64,000 bases of DNA from contig JANLPS010000176.1 in NCBI GenBank assembly GCA_031367385.1, positions 16,304 through 80,303 of the forward strand, written 5' to 3'. Shown piece by piece: positions 30,501-38,200 of the stretch (within the stretch, counting starts at the first letter, position 1; every line of letters begins with the position of its first letter). The translations under genes and the position numbers were made by a program. A model generated the notes under the pieces. The model was not told the origin of the DNA. It worked only from the letters and a program-made list of their open reading frames with translations, and did no database searches. The DNA is from Archangium sp. (GTDB lineage Bacteria > Myxococcota > Myxococcia > Myxococcales > Myxococcaceae).

Positions 30501-31969
30501 ACACGTGAGCGGCCGCGGCTGGTGCTCACGCCTTCTGAGACCATCGTGAGCACACTCTCGAACTCTTCGAAGGTGAGCCCGGCGTACGGCATCGCTCGAC
30601 GAAAGGTCTCGAAGAGCTCCTCCTCGTCCCAATCTTGCGCGGCGACCTCGGCGACGACTTGCTGGGCCAGCACATCGAGCGGCTTCGATGGCAAGCGCAC
30701 CGCATCGAGCTCATGCTCGTGAATCGCTCGCAACAATGCCGTGCATTCGACCAGCTCGTCGCGGGTCAGTGCGATCAAAATACCCTTCGAGATGAGTGAC
30801 TTGTGATGACCCGAGCGGCCCAGGCGCTGCAGCATCACCGCGATTGATCTCGGCGTGCCGAGCTGAACCACCAGATCAATCGAACCGATGTCGATGCCCA
30901 ACTCGAGCGAGGCGGTGGCGACCATCACCTTGAGCGTGCCGGCCTTGAGCCGGTCTTCAGCGGCGAGACGAAGCTCCCGTGACATGCTGCCATGGTGCGC
31001 GGCGACGAATTCGTGGCCGATGCGCTCTCCGATGTCACGGGCGACGCGCTCGGCGAGCCGCCGGGTATTGGTGAAGATCAGCGTGGTGCGGTGCTGCGTG
31101 GCCAGCTGGCACAACCGGTCGTACACCTGCCCCCACATCTCGTGGGTCGCGACCGCGGTGAGCTCTTCGTCGGGCGTCTCGAGGGTCAGCTCCCACGGGC
31201 GGAGGTGGCCGATCTGCACGACCTCGCAGGGCGGGCGGGCGTCTTTCGAAGTGCCAGTCAGGTAGCTCGCGAGCAGGTCGAGTGGCTTGGTGGTAGCCGA
31301 GAGCCCGATGCACTGAGGGGCCTTGCCGGTGAGGGCCTTGAGGCGCTCCATCGTGAGCGCGAAGTGCGAGCCGCGTTTGTCGCGGGCCAGCGCGTGAATC
31401 TCGTCGACGATGACGGTGGTGACGTTCTTGAGCGTGGCGCGCGACTTGTCGGCGGTGAGGTAGAGGTAGAGCGATTCGGGCGTGGTGATCAGAATGTGCG
31501 GCGGCTTCTTCACCATCGCGGCGCGCTCTGAGGCCGGGGTGTCTCCGGTGCGAACCATCACTCGAATGTCAGGCAGCTCGAGGCCGGAGGCGCGCGCGCG
31601 GGCACGGAGCTGATCAAGTGGCGTGAGCAAATTCTTCTGCACGTCATTGCTCAACGCCTTGAGCGGAGAAACGTAGAGCACGCGCGTCTCATCGCTCAGC
31701 GCCCCGTCGGCGGCCTGGCGAAAGAGCTCGTCGAGGCAGGCGAGAAAGGCGGTGAGCGTCTTGCCCGACCCGGTCGGCGCGGCGATCAACACGTGACGGC
31801 CTTCGCGAATCAGCGGCCAGCCACGAATCTGCGGCTCGGTGGGTTCTCCGAGCGTCTCGTGAAACCAGGCGCGAACGACCGGGTGAAATGAAGCCAGCGC
31901 GTCGTGAACGGCGATGGCGGCGTCGGCGGTGAAGTCGAGACCCAGCTGAGGGCGAGCGGGCGCGTTCAT
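27506..31969 (-). CDS. lhr: Lhr-family ATP-dependent helicase
   Basis: APTGSGKT, DEIH, SAT, HHGS and SLELGIDIG motifs; C-terminal LEARGEIRGGRF..GFAGEQFA and AADPLNL. Confidence 0.95.
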   Translation of the reverse strand: MNAPARPQLGLDFTADAAIAVHDALASFHPVVRAWFHETLGEPTEPQIRGWPLIREGRHVLIAAPTGSGKTLTAFLACLDELFRQAADGALSDETRVLYVSPLKALSNDVQKNLLTPLDQLRARARASGLELPDIRVMVRTGDTPASERAAMVKKPPHILITTPESLYLYLTADKSRATLKNVTTVIVDEIHALARDKRGSHFALTMERLKALTGKAPQCIGLSATTKPLDLLASYLTGTSKDARPPCEVVQIGHLRPWELTLETPDEELTAVATHEMWGQVYDRLCQLATQHRTTLIFTNTRRLAERVARDIGERIGHEFVAAHHGSMSRELRLAAEDRLKAGTLKVMVATASLELGIDIGSIDLVVQLGTPRSIAVMLQRLGRSGHHKSLISKGILIALTRDELVECTALLRAIHEHELDAVRLPSKPLDVLAQQVVAEVAAQDWDEEELFETFRRAMPYAGLTFEEFESVLTMVSEGVSTSRGRSRVHVHRDRVNGWLKARKGARLMALQNGGAIPDVFSYRVIAEPEEKQVGTVDEDFAIDSMPGQVFVLGSTAWKIRRIFDGDLRVESANGQPPSIPFWNGEAPARTDELSSAVAKLREDVIRHDAPTTWLEQAFKLSPFAADLLVRYVRAGHAALTAVPTQQTLVAERFFDEAGGMQLIIHSPFGARINRAWGLALRKSFCRAFDFELQAAASDDGILLSLGEQHSFPLIDIFDFVSPNTAAHVLDQAVLQAPMFGTRFRWAPGRALVLSRQQNGKRVPPPIQRARAEDLIGAVFPEQIGCQDNHGGKEIEPPDHPLINETMKDCTHDLMDIDGLIAVLKAMKAGSIRKVAVDLPEPSVFAHAMLNSAPYTFLDDAPLEERRARAVNVRRTIPATQANDLGALDASAIDQVVEEAKMVIRDVEELHDAMLQVGLLPLPSLPFEASWLESLQAQNRAAVLCVEGRQWAYAAERVPLVRALFPEVVTALEPLPGDVPVERESAARTVVRGWVETAGPCTVPELMQFLGLGRFDVEGALFKLESVGQVLRGQFRALPAPSEGERELEWCDRRLLQRIHRLTVGRLRREIEPLSAQDFMRFLFRWHRMGSARELRGPGGLAKVISMLQGYEAPAAAWEQAIFPARMKQYVGEWLEHACFGGEVAWGRLTLREPKPAPGPRRGVEVTQPSRQPDGVAGGQRVTGAQRVVGTENATDPAGAASAEGMAARGDSGLQGPSSPSVRTVGVSRNASLTFARRADLDWLLQAARPDEMLADGPRPWPESLSAHAREVLQVLERRGASFFAELQTSARRLPTEVEDALWELLAHGLVTADAVQNLRVLQSPKLRKRQRATQRGGPGRWSLLQSVERCEPTELDEKRAWLLLNRYGIVFRDLVVREPLCPPWRELLFLYRRLEARGEIRGGRFLSGFAGEQFALPDAVDLARSTRRLEKKGEVIDISAADPLNLTGLVTPGPRVPAVMGTILSYVDGIPTVRAATAETEPLVN

Positions 31970-31980
31970 GGCGCGGCGAT

Positions 31981-31997
31981 GCTGAACAGAAGTTCAC
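31981..31997 (-). promoter_or_regulatory. LexA-box-like operator upstream of lhr
   Basis: Palindrome TGAAC-N4-GTTCA; minus strand GTGAACTTCTGTTCAGC matches 15 of 17 positions of the Myxococcus xanthus LexA consensus as I recall it (CTRHAMRYBYGTTCAGS). Confidence 0.65.
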
Positions 31998-32086
31998 TGA
32001 ATGATCAATCGTGGAGTGGCATTGACTGATTTCAGGTCACACGAGAACGCTGAGCCTTTTGGGGCGAGCAGGGCTTCTGAACAACG

Positions 32087-32848
32087 ATGCGAAATTGCTC
32101 ACTCGCGACGCTGATGGTGCTGCACGCGGTCGCCTGCGCGCCGGGCGAGGTCGGCCCGAAGGGAGATGCCGGCACCGCTTTCGACGCTGGGCTGGTCGTC
32201 GCGATGGATGCGGGCGTGGATGCGGGCGCCGCGCACGACGCCGGCAGGGGCACCCCACCCGACTCAGGTTTGACGGACGCTGGTATTCTGGACTCGGGCA
32301 TCGTCGCTCCCGACACAGGCACTCCCGACGCGGGCGTGATTCGCATTGCGTGGAACGGCGATTCAGTCACCGGCGGCGCCGGCTGGGCCGCCCCGTCGGG
32401 CAACCCGATCGCGGTGCAGTCACAGATATCGAACAGCGGTTCAGCCCTCTTCTGGGACGTGTTGGCCCGCGCCGAGCCTTGGTCGGAGTGGGGATGGAAT
32501 TGGAAGGCTTGGCAGACACCTGGCACCGACGTGTCGACGGCCACGACCTTCTCGTTTGTGTTGCGACTTTCGGGCACCAATCGGCCCCACGACCTGGTGG
32601 TGAGCCTGCGCTCGGCGATCAACCAGAAGTACGCGCACCAACCGCCCTCAGCGGGAGGTCTTCGGGGCGTCAACGTGCGCACGTACGACCCTGACTTCGC
32701 AGATGGCGACTGGCACGTCATCGTAGTGCCGATGGCTGACATGCTCTCAGAAGACAACGCGACCGACTTTCGCGAGGTTTACGAAATCTTCATCGGCGCG
32801 GGCGGGAGCGACTACCAGCTGTACCTCGATGATCTCTCATTTCGTTGA
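32087..32848 (+). CDS. Lipoprotein with a DAG-repeat linker and a carbohydrate-binding-like beta-sandwich
   Basis: AVAC lipobox; Trp-rich WGWNW, DGDWHVIVVPM and LYLDDLSF typical of galactose-binding-like CBMs. Confidence 0.72.
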   Translation: MRNCSLATLMVLHAVACAPGEVGPKGDAGTAFDAGLVVAMDAGVDAGAAHDAGRGTPPDSGLTDAGILDSGIVAPDTGTPDAGVIRIAWNGDSVTGGAGWAAPSGNPIAVQSQISNSGSALFWDVLARAEPWSEWGWNWKAWQTPGTDVSTATTFSFVLRLSGTNRPHDLVVSLRSAINQKYAHQPPSAGGLRGVNVRTYDPDFADGDWHVIVVPMADMLSEDNATDFREVYEIFIGAGGSDYQLYLDDLSFR

Positions 32849-32963
32849 CGGTTCATGCTGAGGGACTCGAAGCACCAATGGTTGGCTCGGGCCAGGCGAG
32901 CTCGTGGGGCCTGGGCTCGCAGAATGTCAGGTCCTTCGAGTCCCTGCGGATGGGCGGGGGGGC

Positions 32964-35273
32964 CTATTCTGACCAGCGAATCGTCACGCTGACCTGCGAA
33001 GTGTTGCCGCGGTCATCGACGGCACGAAGCTGATACCGACCCGACGGAGCGCTCCAATCGAGCGACTGCCCCGGGGCAACCGAGCCGATCATCTCGTTGC
33101 CGGCGAACCAAGTCAGCAACCGGGCCGCGCCGTCTGCGTGCGCGAGCAACGGCACATGCGACTGACTCGGAGAGCCTCGGCGCAGTTGATACGTCACCGA
33201 CTGCTGCGGTGACAAAATGCGCGGCACCCGCGACACATCGGTCAACGACTCGTCGTTCTCGCACGCCTCGAGCTCAGCAGCAGGCACGGTGCGTCGCGCG
33301 AAGCCGGCCCTTGCGTACAGCGCCGCCACGTCGCTCGGCCAGAACTCGTACACCTCATCGCGCGTCACCCCTGAGACAGCAGAACAGCGCCGCAACCCTG
33401 AATGTTGATCAACGTGTACGACTCGATGCACATCGCACACATCAATCGGGCTCCTGCCCGCGATGACCTTGGTGCGCACCAGGTGATTGCAAAACGGCCC
33501 CGGCCTTTTGCCCGATACCGCGCACACCTGAGTCTCGACCAGGTCAACCCGCGGCACGGTGCGATGACCCTTCGCCGACTGCACCCGCTCACGCAACGCC
33601 CCGACGATGTCGAAGAACAAGGGCCCCGCGGCGGTGCGCCCGACGAACGAATGATTCGGCTCGCCGTCGAAGTTGCCGACCCACACCGCGAGCGCATATC
33701 GGCCCACCACCCCGACCGTCCACGCGTCACGAAAGGCGTGCGAAGTGCCCGTCTTCCACGCCACTGACACGGCGTCGCGGGTGGTCGCCCACTGCTCGAG
33801 GCTGGCGTCGTCGTTGGTGAGCATCTCCAGCGTCAGCTCGGCGGCCTCGGGGCTGACGATGCGGCGCGGCTCACCGCGTGGGTCCGACATCTCTCTGCGA
33901 AGCGCAGACCACTGCCCGCCATGTGCGAGAGCGACGTAGAGCTGGGTCAGCTCCTCCATCGTGAGCTCGACGCCTCCGAGCACGATGCCGGCGCCGTAGA
34001 AATCGGCCGGTTGCAGGCCCTTGACTTCGACGTCTCGAAGCACGTCGTGCAGCCCATGCGTCAACCGCAGATTGAGCTCGACCGCCGGCACGTTACGGCT
34101 TCGAGTGAGCGCCTCGGTCGCCGAGAGCGGGCCCAAGTACTGATTGTCGAAGTTCTCGGGGTTGTAGCTGCCGAAGCGCATGGGCACGTCTTTGAGCACG
34201 GTCAGCGGGTGAATCAGCCCCTCGTCGAGCGCGCGCGCATACACGATGGGCTTGAGCGCCGAGCCGGGCGACCGCGGAGACGAAGCACCATCGACCTGCC
34301 CCGAGATGGCCGAGTCGAAGAAATCGGCCGACCCGACGTGCGCCAACACTTCGGAGGTCTCGACGTCGACCAGCAGCACCGCCGTGTTGGTGATGCCCGC
34401 GCTCTCACGACGAGCCACATACCGCTTCACCAGCCGCTCGAGCTGCGACTGCAGCGCCTGATCAATCGTCAGCGTCAAGGCCTGCCCAGGCCTCGAGCCC
34501 AGCGCTCTCGCCACCGCATGAGGCGCCAGAAACGGCAATTGTTTCGCGGTGAAGAGGGTCAGGGGCGAATCGAGGGCGAGCGAGTCGGGCTTCATTTCGG
34601 GGTGCTCCCGCATCGAAATCGCCGCGAGCTTGAGCCTCGCCACGCGAAGCGCGTCAGGCTCGATGCCTTCATCAGGCGTTCGTCTCGTCGGGCTCTGCGG
34701 CATCACCGCCAGCGCCATCGCCTCGGGCAGCGCCAGGCTCTTCGGCGCCTTGTGAAAGTACACCAGGCTGGCCGCGCCGACCCCCTCGACATTGCCGCCA
34801 TAGGGCGCGAGGTTCAAATAGGCCTCGAGAATGTCGTGCTTCGAATAGAGCCACTCGAGCTGAAGCGCGTGCCCGATTTGCAGCAGCTTGCCGCTCACCG
34901 AGCGCGACTCCATGCCCCAGCGCAGGCGCGCCAGCTGCATGGTGATGGTCGAGCCGCCTCGCCGGCCCTCCTGGCTCACGTAGGTGTGCGCGAAGGCCTT
35001 GATCAACGCGACCGGGTTCACGCCCAGGTGCCGGTAGAAATGCTTGTCTTCGTAGTCGAGCGTGGCGGTGATCAGCTGCGGCGACATCTCCTCGAGCGGG
35101 GTCATCACCCGGTACGTCTGCGTCGGTGACAAGGTCAACCGCAGCAGCATGCCATTGCGGTCGTACACCGCCCGGCTGAAGCGCTCACTGACCAACAGCG
35201 GCTCACGCACCATTCGCGCGGCCACCGTCAGGCCGATACCAAGCGCGCAGAGTATCAGCAGCCGGCGTTTCAT
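32964..35273 (-). CDS. pbpC: Penicillin-binding protein 1C
   Basis: EDKHFY.H.GVNP, GGSTITMQLAR, SALK, SRN and KTG motifs; C-terminal BiPBP_C; follows the A2M gene. Confidence 0.95.
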   Translation of the reverse strand: MKRRLLILCALGIGLTVAARMVREPLLVSERFSRAVYDRNGMLLRLTLSPTQTYRVMTPLEEMSPQLITATLDYEDKHFYRHLGVNPVALIKAFAHTYVSQEGRRGGSTITMQLARLRWGMESRSVSGKLLQIGHALQLEWLYSKHDILEAYLNLAPYGGNVEGVGAASLVYFHKAPKSLALPEAMALAVMPQSPTRRTPDEGIEPDALRVARLKLAAISMREHPEMKPDSLALDSPLTLFTAKQLPFLAPHAVARALGSRPGQALTLTIDQALQSQLERLVKRYVARRESAGITNTAVLLVDVETSEVLAHVGSADFFDSAISGQVDGASSPRSPGSALKPIVYARALDEGLIHPLTVLKDVPMRFGSYNPENFDNQYLGPLSATEALTRSRNVPAVELNLRLTHGLHDVLRDVEVKGLQPADFYGAGIVLGGVELTMEELTQLYVALAHGGQWSALRREMSDPRGEPRRIVSPEAAELTLEMLTNDDASLEQWATTRDAVSVAWKTGTSHAFRDAWTVGVVGRYALAVWVGNFDGEPNHSFVGRTAAGPLFFDIVGALRERVQSAKGHRTVPRVDLVETQVCAVSGKRPGPFCNHLVRTKVIAGRSPIDVCDVHRVVHVDQHSGLRRCSAVSGVTRDEVYEFWPSDVAALYARAGFARRTVPAAELEACENDESLTDVSRVPRILSPQQSVTYQLRRGSPSQSHVPLLAHADGAARLLTWFAGNEMIGSVAPGQSLDWSAPSGRYQLRAVDDRGNTSQVSVTIRWSE

Positions 35274-35281
35274 ATTCGCGC

Positions 35282-38200
35282 TTACTGCACGACCAACGAG
35301 CCACCGGTCGAGCGACCACGAATGTCAGGCCGGTACATGCCAACCGCCTGCGCCGGAGGCACCACGAAGGTGCCCTTCGCGACGGCCTTGATCTTGTACT
35401 TAATCTCCTGCACGGCGTTGGTGACGGTGCCGTAGAAGTTCACCCGATCTTCTCGAATGTCGAGAGAGTCTGGCTGCCAGGTCGACCCGCCGCTGGTGAG
35501 CCGCGCCAGGCCTTGCAAATCAGTGCCCCGGTTCTGAACGACCTCGAAGCCCGAGGGCAGCAGATCAACCAACGCCACGTTCGGCACCTGTGAATACTTG
35601 TCGAGCGTGCGCACCCGCAGGCGAACGGTAATCTCGTCTCCCAGGCCCACGGTGGTGATGGTCTTGCCCGCGGCGTCTTCGAAGGTGTGCATCACCTCGA
35701 CGCCCTCGTTGATCGAGGTGGTCGGCACCGCCTTGTCGAAGCCGCTCTCGACGACGCTGAAGAAGAGCAACACGCCCTCTGGCGCGGTGACCTTGAAGCC
35801 CGTCGCCGCGGAGGTAAAGGCGACTTTCGCAGTGAGCGAGCCGTTCACTTCTTGCTCTTTGAATGCGCCAGCCGCGTCTTTCACCTCGACGCGAACGCCC
35901 TTGAGGCCCGCGACCTTGTCTTGCATTGCGGTCGAGTACGCATCGAGCGCATACAGCGACCACGACGCGCCGAGGCTGTGCAGCCCGCTCGAGGTCATCG
36001 TACGACCCAGGTTGCTCAACGCCTTCGGGCCCACCGCCTCGAGCCGCTCGGGGAAGTGCTTGGAGATCAAGTAGAGCACCTGCGCCTGGTACACCGTGTT
36101 GTCGAAAGCGCCGTTGGTCTCGGGCACAACATCGTCACTGAGCGAGAACTTCTTGATCAGCTCCTGGGCACGTTGCGGGTTGTTGGTCAGCTGGTACGTC
36201 GCCGCCAGGTAAGCGAAGGCCACGTCATTCAACGCGAGGCCCTGCTGACGACCCAAGAACTCAGCCAGCTGCGCGGTCGGGGCGGGAGAGACGACCGCGT
36301 TTCTCGCCAGCACGTACAGCGTCTGCGCCCGCAGGCGAGCCCGGGCCATGTCGTCGACGGGCAGTTGATCTTGCTTCAAGTTGCCGATCGCTTTGAGGCG
36401 CACGTCATTGGGCGAGGCGACGCCACGCTCCTTGGCCTCGGTCAGCATCAGGGTGATGAACACATCGAGTGTCGGGTAGACGAAGCTGTTCGCCGCCCAA
36501 TACCCGAACTGGCCCTGATCATTCTGCCGCGCACGCAGCACGTTGAACGCCATGTCGAATGAGGCCTTGGCCGCAACGGGGTTCAAGCCCCACTCCGGGC
36601 GCTTCATCAGCACGAGCCCGGGCACCGCGCGGCTGGTCAGCTGCTCCGAGCACAAGTGCGGGTACGAGCCCAGGTACTCGAGCAAGCCCGCCGACAACCC
36701 CATCGGCAGCAGTGACACCGTCAATCGCCGCGTCGCGAACTGGTCGTACATCGTGCGCTTGGTGGCGAACTCCGCGGTGCTGCCCTTGACCGTGCCGGTC
36801 GCGGAGCTCACCAGATACGCAGACGACGGTCGAACGCTCACGTGCGCGGTTCGAGTCACTTCTTGCTTGGCGCCGCTCACCTGAAACTGCAGCTCTCCAT
36901 CGCCCAGCGCCTCGGTGGCCTTCACATCGAATGACACCACGCCCTCACGCCGCTCGGCGATGATCAGCGTCTGCGTGGCCTGAACACCAGCCGCCAGCGC
37001 GAACGCCGAGCTCGGCTTCATCGTCACAGTCACGCTCGTCTTGTCACCCGAGCCCTCGACGTTGTTGGCGATGGCCGCGGTCACCACGAAGGTGTCACCC
37101 GGGCTCACGAAGGTCGGCGTGTTGGGGCTGATCACGAAGGGCCCGCGCACGGTGGTGCTCGAGCTCGTCGCCGCGAGCGCCTCGGCCGAGGCAGCGACCG
37201 CCATCACCCGCAGCGAGCCATTGAACGACTCCGGCACCACGAAGCTGACCGATTTCTCATCGGGGCCCGCGTCGACGATGCCCGACCAGAACACCGCTGG
37301 CGCATCGGTCTTTCGCTTGAACGGGTTCAAGTTGCGAGCCAACGCCCCATCGCTGTCGCCACCCTCTTTGCCTCCGTGCACGAGCCGAAATTCAGGCAAC
37401 AGCAGGTCGACGATTTGCCGAGTGGTCACCTCGAGGGCCCGCTTTTCCAAGAAGAACCCCAGCGGGTCAGGCGTCTGGTACCGCGCGACCTGCAAGATGC
37501 CCTCGTCGACCGCGAAGAGCACCAACTTCGAGGGGCGATCGGTCTTGTACTTGATGGTCATCGGGCGACCCGGGCGGGTCAGCTCGGGCGCAGTCACCGT
37601 CAGCTGCAGGTGTTGCGATTTCTTGAGCACCTTGAAGGGCACCACGCCGTACGAGAGTGGGCTCACGTAGAGCTCCGGCGAGTCGATGGCGCGCACGAAC
37701 GAGACGTTGACGTACCCGTTCACCTCGAGGCCGGCAGGCACCTCGATGGTCTGCACCGTCGACGACGTGGTGGTCTTGAACGGCTTGTGAACGAAGACCT
37801 TGTCACGCTCGACGGTGATCACCCCGGCGCCCGCATACGGAGCGGTGATCTGCACCGTCATCGTCTCGCCCGGCTCGTATTCGGCCTTGTCGAGCGAGAC
37901 CTTGAGCTCGGCGTTCTTCTCGAGCTCCTTCGCGACGTTCGCTTCGCCCGCGATGGTGAACCCGACTCGAAGGAGCTCGACGTCTTCGATGTCACGCACC
38001 GACCAGTAGAACGTACCCACATCGGCGCTGGGCACCTTCATCGTCGTACCCGCCTCGCTCACCACGAACGAATCACTTTTTCGGGTCACGTCTTTGAGCA
38101 CCGACTGATACCGGTACGAGCCGTTCGACTCGCGGGTGAGCACCGAGACGTAGCGCTGCTCGACGAGCACCAACTTCAACTTCTCGACCTTGAGCTGATC

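Noticed and set aside
27506..31969. Possible intein in the long helicase
   Set aside because: Length fits full-length Lhr; no intein splice-junction or LAGLIDADG motifs seen
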